Shown here piece after piece: positions 18,715 to 28,838 of a DNA stretch of 31,293 nucleotides; within the stretch, counting starts at the first letter, position 1, and every line of letters starts with the position of its first letter. The notes below the pieces were generated by a model that worked only from the letters and a program-made list of their open reading frames with translations, was not told where the DNA came from and made no database searches. Source of the DNA: Candidatus Aphodomonas merdavium (GTDB taxonomy: Bacteria > Bacillota > Clostridia > Christensenellales > Aristaeellaceae); contig DVLH01000021.1 of NCBI GenBank assembly GCA_018715585.1, forward strand, positions 1 through 31,293, in the 5' to 3' direction. Both the position numbers and the translations under genes were made by a program.

Positions 18715-19719
18715 TCAGGCACGGACGCAAAAAACAGCATCGCGCAGGATGGATGCGTCCACGCGGTGGGCCAAGTCCCGGTACGGCGGCGAGTCCAGCG
18801 GCGAAAACCCCGCCCCGCGCAGCAGCGCTTCCATCGCCTCGCGCGCCAGCGTCGGCGCGTTCCAGCTCAGCGCCAGCACGCCGCCCGGGCGCAGGCATTC
18901 ACGCCATGCCGGCAGGCACGCGCCCAGCAGCGCGCGCGGCGTGCGCTCCCGCGCGGCGCCGCCCGCCACGCTGCCATGCTGCACGCCGTAGGGCAAATCG
19001 CCCAGCACGATATCAAAGCGGCCCTTGCCGAAATAACGGGGCGCCTGCGCGCTGTCGCCGCAGACAACCGTCAGCCGGCCCGGGCGCTGCGCCAGCGCTT
19101 CCTTCTCCCGCGCAAAGCGGAAATCCCATGTAGGCGCGCCAAAGCGCTTCTCCTCCCGGAGCGTATGTTTCCAGCGCTCCTGCTGCAAATATTTCCTGAA
19201 ATAAACGGCAGTATCGTGTGCAGGGACGCGCAGCAGCTCCACGCCCGCCGCTTCCCAGCCGAGCATCGCCGCCTCAAACAGCGTCGTCCCGCGGCCCGCG
19301 ACGGGGTCCAGTACGCGCAGCGGCTCGCTCTCTTCCCGCAGCGACAGCGCCGCCATCTGCAGCATCCATCGCGTAAAGAGCGCGTTTGTTTTGCCGGAGT
19401 ATTTTAAAATGGCGCTCAAATCCTCCCCGAAGGCGCGGCGGCGCAACAGCGGCAGCGGGCGCAGCAGCTCGCCTTCCAGGCAATAGAGCGCATACGCCCC
19501 GGACAGGCGGGAAAGGCACAGAAGGTCTGCCTCAAGCGGCGCCCGGGGCATGTCCACGGCATAATACTTTACGCCGCCGAGCATACACTCCCGCACGTTT
19601 TCGCCAGGCGCGTCCAAGCGTGCGGCGCACAGCGAAAGCTCGCTGAGAAACAGCTTGCGCGCCGCCTCAAAAAAGACGGCGTTTTCCCCGGGATGCGGCA
19701 AAATCACCACGGTCGTCAT
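18715..19719 (-). CDS. Trm11-like SAM-dependent amino-methyltransferase, about 334 aa (start MTTVVIL at 19719)
   Basis: Motif I VLDPVAGRGTTL, acidic GVELL, motif IV GDLPYG; GAGGTG RBS. Confidence 0.82.
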   Translation of the reverse strand: MTTVVILPHPGENAVFFEAARKLFLSELSLCAARLDAPGENVRECMLGGVKYYAVDMPRAPLEADLLCLSRLSGAYALYCLEGELLRPLPLLRRRAFGEDLSAILKYSGKTNALFTRWMLQMAALSLREESEPLRVLDPVAGRGTTLFEAAMLGWEAAGVELLRVPAHDTAVYFRKYLQQERWKHTLREEKRFGAPTWDFRFAREKEALAQRPGRLTVVCGDSAQAPRYFGKGRFDIVLGDLPYGVQHGSVAGGAARERTPRALLGACLPAWRECLRPGGVLALSWNAPTLAREAMEALLRGAGFSPLDSPPYRDLAHRVDASILRDAVFCVRA

Positions 19720-19791
19720 CGGTACACCTCGTTTCCGGCGGACGGTTAAAGCGCGCACGGCGCGGGCAAGCTAAACAGGGAGGGATGAAAC

Positions 19792-20034
19792 ATGCGCGTA
19801 CTCTATGAGCGCGGGCTTGCGCCGCTTGCGGCGGAGCTTTCCGCGCTGGGATTTGAAACGGCCGCGCTGGAGGACGGCGGCGAAGCGGACGCCGTGCTCT
19901 TTGCGGCAAGCGCGCACGCGGCGCTGCGGGCGCGGCCCGGCCCCGGCGGCGCGCTGCTGCTCAACGCGCGGGGGATGAACGCTGCGCAGGCGGCCAACGC
20001 GCTGCGCAAAAGGGCGCAGGGCCCGGTATTGTAG
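19792..20034 (+). CDS. ykuS: YkuS (UPF0180) family protein, 80 aa
   Basis: GGAGG RBS; L..EL..LGFE...D.V and LLLNARG......L..R pattern of clostridial YkuS-family proteins. Confidence 0.65.
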   Translation: MRVLYERGLAPLAAELSALGFETAALEDGGEADAVLFAASAHAALRARPGPGGALLLNARGMNAAQAANALRKRAQGPVL

Positions 20035-20050
20035 CCCTGCGCCCGCCGGT

Positions 20051-21115
20051 TTATTTGGCCGTCTTTTCGATGATCTCGATCACCTTCGCCGTGCCGTCAT
20101 GAAGCGGCTCTGCCTCCATCGCGCGGCGGCATGCCTCTCGCCCGTCATAGAGGGCGAACAGCGCCTCCGTCAGCGATTGCGGCGTCATCTCTTCCTGCGG
20201 CAGCACGCGCGAAAAGCCGCGCTTTTGGAACGAAGCGGCGTTTAAAATTTGGTCGCCGCGGCTTGCGCCCTTTGGATACGGCACGAGCAGCGCGGGCTTT
20301 TTCAGCGCCAGGATCTCGCTCAGCGCGTTTGCCCCGGCACGCGAGAGCATGCAGTCCGTCGCGGCGAACAGGTCCGGCAGCTCGTCGGAGACGTATTCCT
20401 TTTGCACATAGCCGCGCTTTCCCGCAAGCGACGCGTCCAGGTTGCCTTTGCCGCAGATATGCGCTACGTCAAAGCGCGGCAGCAGCGCATCCAGCGCCTC
20501 GCGCAGCGCCTTGTTGACGCTCGCCGCGCCGGAGGAGCCGCCCATCATCGTCAGCACCGGCTTTTTGCCGTCAAACCCGAGGAACGCAAGCCCCCGCTCG
20601 CGCTTGCCGCCAAACAGCGACGCGCGCAGCGGCGTCCCCGTATACACCGCCTTCTCGCCCAGCAGCTTTGCCGCCTCCGGGAACGTGGTGCAGACCACCT
20701 TGGCCATCGGCGCGGTCAGCTTGTTGGCAAGCCCCGGCGTGATGTCGCTTTCATGCAAAACGGCCGGGACCCTGTGCAGCCACGCGCCGTACACCACAGG
20801 CACGGATACGAACCCGCCCTTGGAGAACAGCACGTTCGGCCGCAGCTTGCGCATGAGCGCGGCAGCTTCCCCCGCTCCCCAGAGCACGCGGAAAGGATCG
20901 GAAAAATTCTTCAGGTCAAAATAACGGCGCAGCTTGCCGGAATGAATCGTATGGTACTTCACACCGTCCACCGCCTCGACGAGCCCGCGCTCCATGCCGT
21001 CTGCCGTGCCGATGTAATGCACATCCCAGCCCGCCTGCAAAAAGTGCGGGATCAGCGCAAGGTTGGGCGTGACGTGGCCGGCCGTTCCGCCGCCCGTGAA
21101 CACAATGCGTTTCAT
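20051..21115 (-). CDS. murG: MurG N-acetylglucosaminyl transferase, 354 aa (start MKRIVF at 21115)
   Basis: FTGGGTAGHVTPN, SKGGFVSVP, HESD, GGSSGA, SRAGAN, GDQ..NA; GGAGG RBS. Confidence 0.97.
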   Translation of the reverse strand: MKRIVFTGGGTAGHVTPNLALIPHFLQAGWDVHYIGTADGMERGLVEAVDGVKYHTIHSGKLRRYFDLKNFSDPFRVLWGAGEAAALMRKLRPNVLFSKGGFVSVPVVYGAWLHRVPAVLHESDITPGLANKLTAPMAKVVCTTFPEAAKLLGEKAVYTGTPLRASLFGGKRERGLAFLGFDGKKPVLTMMGGSSGAASVNKALREALDALLPRFDVAHICGKGNLDASLAGKRGYVQKEYVSDELPDLFAATDCMLSRAGANALSEILALKKPALLVPYPKGASRGDQILNAASFQKRGFSRVLPQEEMTPQSLTEALFALYDGREACRRAMEAEPLHDGTAKVIEIIEKTAK

Positions 21116-21145
21116 GGCAAACCTCCCGATGCTTTTTCGTGCTGT

Positions 21146-21175
21146 ATTATATTCCCCGAAAAAGGCGCGCGTCAA
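21146..21175 (-). promoter_or_regulatory. SigA promoter of murG
   Basis: TTGACG (21175-21170), 18 nt, TATAAT (21151-21146). Confidence 0.75.
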
Positions 21176-21213
21176 GCGCGGCGGCGGCAAAACGGCGCGC
21201 GGCTTTTGCGCGC

Positions 21214-21243
21214 AAAAGGCGGCGGGCTTTGCGCCCCGCCGCC
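21214..21243 (-). terminator. Intrinsic terminator after prs
   Basis: Minus strand GGCGGCGGG..GCAA..CCCGCCGCC then TTTTG. Confidence 0.7.
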
Positions 21244-21268
21244 AGTTTGTTCCTTTCCGGCCAATGCG

Positions 21269-22486
21269 TCACGGCCCCGGGATAATTCCCGATTCCACCT
21301 GCATGGCGTGATAGTTGCTGAGCAGCCGCTTGATGCGGTCCATCGGGTTGAGCAGCGCATGCAGGCTGTGGTCATGGTTGAGCGTGGCGATGATGTAGGA
21401 GATATATTTGGACATGTCCACCTCGATAAACCACTCGCGCTCGCGCAGCCCCTGCGGCAGGAAGTTCAAATTGCAGCCAAGCACCCTGCAGAACGCGCCC
21501 TCGTCATACGCCTTTTGGAAAGCGTCCATGCCGTTTGTAAAAAAGCAGAACGTGCCGGCGATGAAAATGCGGTTGGCCTTGCGGCTTTTCAGCTCGCGCG
21601 CCAAATCGAGGATGGATTCGCCGGTAGCGATGATGTCATCCGAGACGAGGATATCCTTGCCCGCCACGTCGTCGCCCAGGTATTCATGGGCGATGATGGG
21701 GTTGCGGCCGTTGACGACGCGGGAATAGTCGCGCCGTTTATAGAACATGCCCAAATCCAGCCCCAACACGGTGCTGTAGAAGATGTTGCGGCTGATCGCG
21801 CCTTCGTCCGGGGAGATAATCGTCATATGGTCCTTATCCAGGCGCAGATCCGAAATGGAGCGCAGGAGCGCCTTGAGCACCTGGTAGTACGGGTTGACCG
21901 ACTCAAACCCCATCAGCGGGATGGCGTTTTGCACGCGCGGGTCATGGGCGTCGAAGGTGATGATGTTGGAAACGCCCATGTTGTAGAGCTCCTGCAGCGC
22001 CATGGCGCAGTCCATCGACTCGCGGCCGGTGCGCCGGTGCTGGCGGCTTTCATAGAGGAAGGGCATGATGACGTTGATGTGCTGCGCCTTGCCGCGGATG
22101 GCGGAGATGATGCGCTTGAGGTCCTGGTAGTGGTCGTCGGGGGACATCGGAACGCTGCGGCCGTACATCGTATATTCCACCTGGTAAGCCGTCACGTCAG
22201 AGATGATGTAGATATCATAGCCGCGCACGCTGCCGCGCAAAAGCCCTTTGCCCTCGCCCGTACCAAAGCGCGGGCAGGATACGCCCAGCAAAAACGATTC
22301 GCGCTCGTATCCGGGGCTTGTATAAAGCTCGACGTCCTTGTTTTCCTTCAGGTCGCGCCAGCGCATCAGATATGCGTTCACGCGCTCGCCCAGCATTTCG
22401 CAGCCGGGCATGGCAATGATGCCAAGCGGGCCGCGCGGTGCGGTTTCAAACGGATCCCGATACAACCCCGGTTGTTTGCCCTCCAT
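21269..22486 (-). CDS. prs: Ribose-phosphate pyrophosphokinase (long clostridial type), 405 aa
   Basis: RFGTGEGK, PFLYESRQH, ITFDAHDP, ISPDEG, DDIIATGES PRPP-binding loop; AGGAGG RBS. Confidence 0.92.
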   Translation of the reverse strand: MEGKQPGLYRDPFETAPRGPLGIIAMPGCEMLGERVNAYLMRWRDLKENKDVELYTSPGYERESFLLGVSCPRFGTGEGKGLLRGSVRGYDIYIISDVTAYQVEYTMYGRSVPMSPDDHYQDLKRIISAIRGKAQHINVIMPFLYESRQHRRTGRESMDCAMALQELYNMGVSNIITFDAHDPRVQNAIPLMGFESVNPYYQVLKALLRSISDLRLDKDHMTIISPDEGAISRNIFYSTVLGLDLGMFYKRRDYSRVVNGRNPIIAHEYLGDDVAGKDILVSDDIIATGESILDLARELKSRKANRIFIAGTFCFFTNGMDAFQKAYDEGAFCRVLGCNLNFLPQGLREREWFIEVDMSKYISYIIATLNHDHSLHALLNPMDRIKRLLSNYHAMQVESGIIPGP

Positions 22487-22528
22487 AGGTTATCCAGCCT
22501 CCTATGCACTTCGTTCCATTCTTATGCA

Positions 22529-22557
22529 ATTATAGCATGTTTTTCCCTGCCGGTCGA
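22529..22557 (-). promoter_or_regulatory. Probable SigA promoter of prs
   Basis: TCGACC (22557-22552), 17 nt, TATAAT (22534-22529) with extended TG. Confidence 0.7.
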
Positions 22558-22586
22558 GCGGGCGGCGTGGAGTTTTTCCGTTTGGT

Positions 22587-23672
<1,086 letters not shown>

Positions 23673-23693
23673 GGATGCATACCCCTTCCGGTT

Positions 23694-24950
23694 TTATTCT
23701 CCCGCGTTCTCTTCCCTGCACGCTTCCAAAGCCCAGTGCATCGCGTGCAGCGCGGCCAGCGTGCGGATGCGCTCGCGGCTGCCCGTCAAATGTAGCGCCT
23801 TTGCCCATGCGCCCGCCTGCGAGGCCAGTCCCAGCCATACAAGGCCCACCGGCTTCTCCGGCGTGCCTCCGCCCGGCCCCGCCACGCCCGTGACGGAAAC
23901 GGCGAAATCCGTCCCCGCCGCCCGGCGCGCGCCTTCAGCCATCTCCAGCGCCGTCTCGCGGCTGACGGCGCCGTAAGCCGCCAGCGTCTCTTCCCGAACG
24001 CCCAGCGCGCGGACCTTCGCCTCGTTGGCATAGGTGACAAACCCCTGTAAAAACACATCCGACGCCCCGGTAACGTTGACGATGCGTGAGGAAATCATGC
24101 CGCCGGTGCAGCTCTCTGCCGTGGAAAGCGTTTTCCCGCTTTGCCGCAGCGCGCACACGAGCGCGTGCTCCATATGAAACTGCGAATCCTGCGTCACGGC
24201 GTAAATGACGTTTCCCAGGCGCGCGCGGATCTCCCTTTCCAGGGGGTCCAGCAGCGCATCGGCCTCCTCCCGCGTCTTGCAGCGCGCCGTCAGCCGCAGC
24301 TGCACCTCTCCCGTGGAGCAGTAGGGCGCAACGGACGGGTTTTCGCACGTCTCCATCAGATCTTGCAGGCGGCTGGCCACGCTGGATTCGCCCATGCCGA
24401 AAATGCGCAGGTAGCGCGAGACGATGACCGCCCCGCTGCGCTCCGCCAGATAGGGCATGACCGAGCTGTCAAAAATGCCCGTAAGCTCGTTGGGCGGCCC
24501 GGGCAGGTTGACGACGGCCTTGCCGTCCTTTTCGACGATGCAGGCGGGCGCCGTCCCGTTCGCATTGGGCAGGATGCGCGCGCCCTTGGCAAAGTCAGCC
24601 TGGCGCAGGTTGTTTTCGGTCATTTCCCGGCCGTTTTTTGCAAACCAGGCGCGCACCATCGCCTCCGCTTCCGGCCTGCGCTCCATCGCAAGGCCCAGCG
24701 CCTGCGCGCACGCCTGTTTGGTGATATCGTCCGCCGTGGGCCCCAGGCCGCCGGTCGTGATAACGATGTCCGCGCGGGCAATGGCGTCACGCACCGCCTG
24801 GCGGATGCGCTCCGGATTATCGCCCACGACGATCTGCCGGTGCAGCGTAATGCCTGCCTCGCTCAGCCGCCGCGCGATAAACTGCGCGTCCGTGTTGAGC
24901 ACTTGGCCCATGAGCAGCTCCGTCCCCACGGCCACAATTTCTGCAATCAT
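23694..24950 (-). CDS. cinA: Competence/damage-inducible protein CinA (MoCF-like domain plus PncC domain), 418 aa
   Basis: AEIVAVGTELLMG, TGGLGPTADDIT, LPGPPNE, TAESCTGG, VTGVAGPGGG. Confidence 0.96.
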   Translation of the reverse strand: MIAEIVAVGTELLMGQVLNTDAQFIARRLSEAGITLHRQIVVGDNPERIRQAVRDAIARADIVITTGGLGPTADDITKQACAQALGLAMERRPEAEAMVRAWFAKNGREMTENNLRQADFAKGARILPNANGTAPACIVEKDGKAVVNLPGPPNELTGIFDSSVMPYLAERSGAVIVSRYLRIFGMGESSVASRLQDLMETCENPSVAPYCSTGEVQLRLTARCKTREEADALLDPLEREIRARLGNVIYAVTQDSQFHMEHALVCALRQSGKTLSTAESCTGGMISSRIVNVTGASDVFLQGFVTYANEAKVRALGVREETLAAYGAVSRETALEMAEGARRAAGTDFAVSVTGVAGPGGGTPEKPVGLVWLGLASQAGAWAKALHLTGSRERIRTLAALHAMHWALEACREENAGE

Positions 24951-24978
24951 TTTCTTTCCTCCGCCGCCGTTGGCTTTT

Positions 24979-25551
24979 TCATTCCTCTTCCACCAGCAGG
25001 ATCTTCCAATTTTTGATGAGCAGCTCCGCGCCCGAATAGGCGCTCAGCGCGCCGCAAATCCACGTGAAAATCCAGCACAGCGCCGTAATCGGCGGCAACA
25101 GCGGCGCAAGCGCCGGCGCAAGCGTCAGGCCGATGGCCGTGCCCATCTGCACGCCCGTCTTGATCTTGCCCGATTGGTCCGCCGCGATGACGCTGCCGCG
25201 CGAAGCCGCCACCAGCCGGAAGCCCGATACGACCATCTCGCGCGCCACCATCACCAGCACGGGCAGCACGTTCCACTCCCATGGCGATTCCAGCGCGACA
25301 AAATAGATGAACGGCAAAAGCACCAGCAGTTTGTCGGCAATGGGGTCCATAAACTTGCCAAAGTCGGTAACGATATGCTGCTCGCGGGCAATTTTGCCGT
25401 CAAAGTAGTCGGTGATGCTGGCCGCAGCGAACACCAGCGCCGCCGCTATGCGCAGCACCGGGCCGCCCAGCAACAACAGGAAATAAACGGGGATCATCGC
25501 GATACGCGCCAGCGTCAACCGGTTGGGAAGGTTCATCGGCAATTTTTTCAT
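24979..25551 (-). CDS. pgsA: CDP-diacylglycerol--glycerol-3-phosphate 3-phosphatidyltransferase, 190 aa
   Basis: MNLPNRLT.AR, TDYFDGKIAR...TDFGKFMDPIADK, REMVVSGFR, GKIKT; ATGA overlap with rimO; canonical rimO-pgsA-cinA-recA order. Confidence 0.96.
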   Translation of the reverse strand: MKKLPMNLPNRLTLARIAMIPVYFLLLLGGPVLRIAAALVFAAASITDYFDGKIAREQHIVTDFGKFMDPIADKLLVLLPFIYFVALESPWEWNVLPVLVMVAREMVVSGFRLVAASRGSVIAADQSGKIKTGVQMGTAIGLTLAPALAPLLPPITALCWIFTWICGALSAYSGAELLIKNWKILLVEEE

Positions 25552-26858
25552 AGGATTTCCCCCGTCAAATCGTACGTGTCCGCGCCCGTAATGCGCGCTT
25601 TCACAAACTCGCCCGCCCGGTGCGACGCGTCCGGCGTCAGAATAACGCGGCCGTCGCCCTCGGGCGCTTCCTGGCGCGTGCGCGCAAGCCACCGGCCGCT
25701 TTCGTCCCGGCCTTCCAAGAGCGCCTCGCACACGCTGCCAACGCGCGCGCGGTTCAACGACAGCGAGATGCCCTGCTGGAGCGTCATCAGCCTGTCCAGC
25801 CGCTCCTGCGCCACCTCCTGCGGCACCTGGTCCTCCATCTGCGCGGCGGGCGTCCCTTCCTCGGCGGAATAGACGAACGCGCCCAGCCTGTCAAAGCGCG
25901 TCTCCGCCACAAAATCGAGCAGGCGGCGGAAATCGTCCTCCGTCTCGCCCGGGAAGCCCACGATCATCGTCGTGCGCAGCGTAATGCCGCGCGAGCGCAC
26001 CCGGCCGATCAGCGCGCGGATCTCCTCTGGCGTGCCCTTGCGGTTCATCCGCCGCAAAATCCGACCGTCGATGTGCTGCAAGGGCAAGTCCAGATAGGCA
26101 CAAATTTTCTCGTCGCCGCAGAGCGCGTCCAACAGCGCATCATCCACGCGGGTGGGATAGCAATACAGCGCGCGCACCCAGTGCACGCCCTCCAGCCGCG
26201 CCGTATCGCGCAGCAGCGTGGCCAGATTGCCCTGCGGCAGATCGTCCCCAAAGCGCGTGGTATCCTGCGCGATGTAGGTAATCTCCCGGACGCCGCGCTG
26301 CGAAAGCTCCCGCGCCTCCGCCAGCACGCGCTCATACGGCCGCGAGCGGTATCCCCCGCGGATAAGCGGGATGGCGCAATAGGCGCAGCGGTTGTCACAG
26401 CCGTCCCCCGTGCGCACAAACGCGGAAAAGGGCGCCGTCGTCAGCACGCGCGGCGCTTCAAACACATCGCGCGAACAACCGACGGCGACCGGCCGTTCCC
26501 CCAAAAAGGCGCGCGATAAAAGGGAACAGATCTGCGGATAGTCCGACACGCCCATGAGCAAATCGACCTCCGGCATCTGCTCCCGCAGCTCAGCCGCATA
26601 GCGCTGCACCAGGCAGCCCGTGGCCGCCAGCACGCGGCAGCGCCCGCTTTTTTTGTATTGCGCCATCTCCAGCAGCGTATCGATGCTCTCCTGCTTGGCA
26701 GGATCGATAAAGCCGCAGGTGTTGACGATGATCGCCTCCGCCTGCGCAGGGTCGGCCGTAATTTCCCATCCGCCCGCGCGCAGAAGGCCCAGCATTTGTT
26801 CCGTATCGATGCGATTTTTTGCGCAGCCCAACGAGACTACGCCCACCGTCCGCCGCAA
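25548..26858 (-). CDS. rimO: Ribosomal protein S12 methylthiotransferase RimO, 436 aa, TTG start
   Basis: SLGCAKN, NTCGFID, CDNRCAYC radical-SAM motif, IAQDTT, C-terminal TRAM domain; GGAGG RBS. Confidence 0.95.
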   Translation of the reverse strand: MRRTVGVVSLGCAKNRIDTEQMLGLLRAGGWEITADPAQAEAIIVNTCGFIDPAKQESIDTLLEMAQYKKSGRCRVLAATGCLVQRYAAELREQMPEVDLLMGVSDYPQICSLLSRAFLGERPVAVGCSRDVFEAPRVLTTAPFSAFVRTGDGCDNRCAYCAIPLIRGGYRSRPYERVLAEARELSQRGVREITYIAQDTTRFGDDLPQGNLATLLRDTARLEGVHWVRALYCYPTRVDDALLDALCGDEKICAYLDLPLQHIDGRILRRMNRKGTPEEIRALIGRVRSRGITLRTTMIVGFPGETEDDFRRLLDFVAETRFDRLGAFVYSAEEGTPAAQMEDQVPQEVAQERLDRLMTLQQGISLSLNRARVGSVCEALLEGRDESGRWLARTRQEAPEGDGRVILTPDASHRAGEFVKARITGADTYDLTGEIL

Positions 26859-26911
26859 TGTTCCGCCTCCGTTGTTTTTGTCCGTTCTTTTGCCGCATGG
26901 GACGGCAAATA

Positions 26912-26925
26912 CGAATTTGTGTTCG
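26912..26925. promoter_or_regulatory. LexA (SOS/Cheo) box candidate
   Basis: CGAATTTGTGTTCG vs Firmicute consensus CGAAC-N4-GTTCG (one mismatch in the conserved arms), 4 nt downstream of the rimO -10. Confidence 0.7.
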
Positions 26926-26929
26926 TATA

Positions 26930-26958
26930 ATTATAGCACACCCGCCTGCGACTTTCAA
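26930..26958 (-). promoter_or_regulatory. SigA promoter of rimO-pgsA-cinA-recA
   Basis: TTGAAA (26958-26953), 17 nt, TATAAT (26935-26930) with extended TG. Confidence 0.85.
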
Positions 26959-27819
26959 TCAGCTTTGCGCCTGTGCGCGCAGCAGATCTACAAACAGCGG
27001 GTAGGGTTCCACCGGGAAAACCCCCTGCGGATCGGCGCGCATCGCCGCTTCCATCGCGGCCGAATAGGAAGCAAAGAGCGCTTCCGGCGGCAGGAACGCT
27101 TCAAAGCGGGAGGAAACGCCGCGGTAGAACGCCTCGCAGCGGCGGCGGGCTTCCTCCGCCGCCCCGCCGCACGCCCCCGCGCGCACGTACGCCACATACA
27201 GCGACGCCAGGCATTGCTCGGCCCACAGCGCGCAGCGCTGCGGGGGCGCGCCCGCCTCCTCCAGCGCAACTGCCGCATGCTGCGGCAGGCCGCCGGGGAT
27301 TGCGCACGCGCACACGGGCGTTCCCGCCTGCGCCTGTGTTTCCGCTCCTACGAAACAAAGCGCCGCAAGCGCCGTTTCCTCCTTCGCGCCGGCGTCCAGC
27401 ACGGCCTGCCGCCGCCAGAGCTTTCCCTGCGGCGCCAGGAACGCCTGCGGCTCGTCCAGGCTGCCAAAGACGGCGTCCGGCCCGGGCGTCTCCCGCGTGG
27501 GGCGCAGCAGCCGCCAAAGCGAATAGGCGTCAAACAGCGCGTCGCCCTCCCTAAGCAGCAGCGCATACGGTGCTTCGCTCCGGCGCGCGCCCAGCATCCA
27601 GGCCGCGCATACGCCGTCCGCATCCTCCGCCGCAGCGCAGCTTGCCCCGGCAAGCGCTCCCAACGCCCAGGCTTGCCGCGGCGCAACCAGGATGGTTTCC
27701 ACCGCCTCCGCGCCGCACTGCATTGCCACGCTGCAAAGCGTGCGGCGCAGCGCCGCGCCGCCGTCCCGCGCCCATCCGGCAACGATGACCGCTGCGCGCG
27801 CCTTCTCTCCCCGCTCCAT
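26959..27819 (-). CDS. Degenerate GT2-like protein, 286 aa, paralog of the upstream glycosyltransferase, DxD motif lost
   Basis: AGGAGG RBS; LRRTLCSVAMQ aligns with LRRALLSVAAQ; PYALLLREGD aligns with PFIAFLDADD; GKLWRR with GNLYRR. Confidence 0.7.
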   Translation of the reverse strand: MERGEKARAAVIVAGWARDGGAALRRTLCSVAMQCGAEAVETILVAPRQAWALGALAGASCAAAEDADGVCAAWMLGARRSEAPYALLLREGDALFDAYSLWRLLRPTRETPGPDAVFGSLDEPQAFLAPQGKLWRRQAVLDAGAKEETALAALCFVGAETQAQAGTPVCACAIPGGLPQHAAVALEEAGAPPQRCALWAEQCLASLYVAYVRAGACGGAAEEARRRCEAFYRGVSSRFEAFLPPEALFASYSAAMEAAMRADPQGVFPVEPYPLFVDLLRAQAQS

Positions 27820-27830
27820 CGTTCTTCCTC

Positions 27831-28835
27831 CTAGCAGGCCGCGCGCACGCGCGCCAGATACGCGTCAAACTCCTGTTGAAGCGCTGCCAGATCGTTTCGC
27901 TTCATGCGCGTTGCAAGCATGCGCAGCTGCAAATCAACCGTTTTGCTTTCGATTTGACGCTCCACGGCCGCAAAAAACTCCCTGTAAAACCGCACGCCCT
28001 GGGCGAAGTTTTTTTCCGCTGTCTCCGGCAGCAGCACGGACGATTCCGCGTAGCGGCGGTAAAAATCCATCATCCCGTACATCGCCGTGGATAAAACGTC
28101 CTTTTGCTGCGCGCCGCGCTTTTGCGCAAGCGTCAGCGCATCCAGGAGCGTCTCGGTAAAATCCTCGGCGTTCCTATCATACAGGAAGCGCAGCGGATCG
28201 GCGTGCGTCGCGCTCTCTTGCAGCAAATGCCAACAATAGGCCGTGTGCTGATAGAGCGGAATGCGCGCGTTGCCGGCAATGAGGCGCACTTTGGTGTTAA
28301 AGCCGAAGTCCTCGCTGGTGCGCGGGGCGATGAAGCGGATGCCGTTTTCCTCCAAAAAAGCGCGGCGGTACAGGTTGCCCAGCAGCCACGTCATGTCCCC
28401 GCGGAACGCGGCGAACGCAACGTCGCCCCCGGTGCTTTCCTCGGCGGAGAAAAAATCGCCGGACACCATCGCAAGCGACGGATCGGCGAGCAGCATCGCG
28501 CGCATTTCCGCCAAGGAATCCGGCCCGGCAAGCGTGTCGTCCGCGTCCAAAAAGGCGATAAACGGGTTGGCCGTCGCATCCAGCGCGCGCTGGCGCGCAA
28601 GGCTTGGCCCGATGTCCTCCTCCAGCGTCAGTTCGCGCACGGACAGCCACGGCCGGAACTCGTCGATGATCGCGCCATACCCGCCCTTTGGCGAGCAGTC
28701 ATCCGCCACCGTCACGTCCACCTGTTCGGCCACCGACTGCGCCGCCACGCTCAAAAGCGCCCGCCGCAGCGTCGCATGCGCGTTGTAGGCGGGAATGATG
28801 ACGTCAATGCGCTGCTGTGCCTGTTTTTCCTGCAT
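27831..28835 (-). CDS. Glycosyltransferase family 2, 334 aa
   Basis: DVIIPAYNA, VADDCS, GPSLARQ, FLDADD, LYRRAFL, SEDFGFN. Confidence 0.92.
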   Translation of the reverse strand: MQEKQAQQRIDVIIPAYNAHATLRRALLSVAAQSVAEQVDVTVADDCSPKGGYGAIIDEFRPWLSVRELTLEEDIGPSLARQRALDATANPFIAFLDADDTLAGPDSLAEMRAMLLADPSLAMVSGDFFSAEESTGGDVAFAAFRGDMTWLLGNLYRRAFLEENGIRFIAPRTSEDFGFNTKVRLIAGNARIPLYQHTAYCWHLLQESATHADPLRFLYDRNAEDFTETLLDALTLAQKRGAQQKDVLSTAMYGMMDFYRRYAESSVLLPETAEKNFAQGVRFYREFFAAVERQIESKTVDLQLRMLATRMKRNDLAALQQEFDAYLARVRAAC

Positions 28836-28838
28836 AGC

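Noticed and set aside
19744-19773. SigF/SigG-like promoter before ykuS (GGTTA-15 nt-GGGCAAGCTA)
   Set aside because: Mismatches in both boxes; too weak without transcript data
24947-25282. 111-aa alternative-frame ORF inside pgsA, and the pgsA extension to 25731
   Set aside because: Overlap pgsA or rimO in other frames; no independent support
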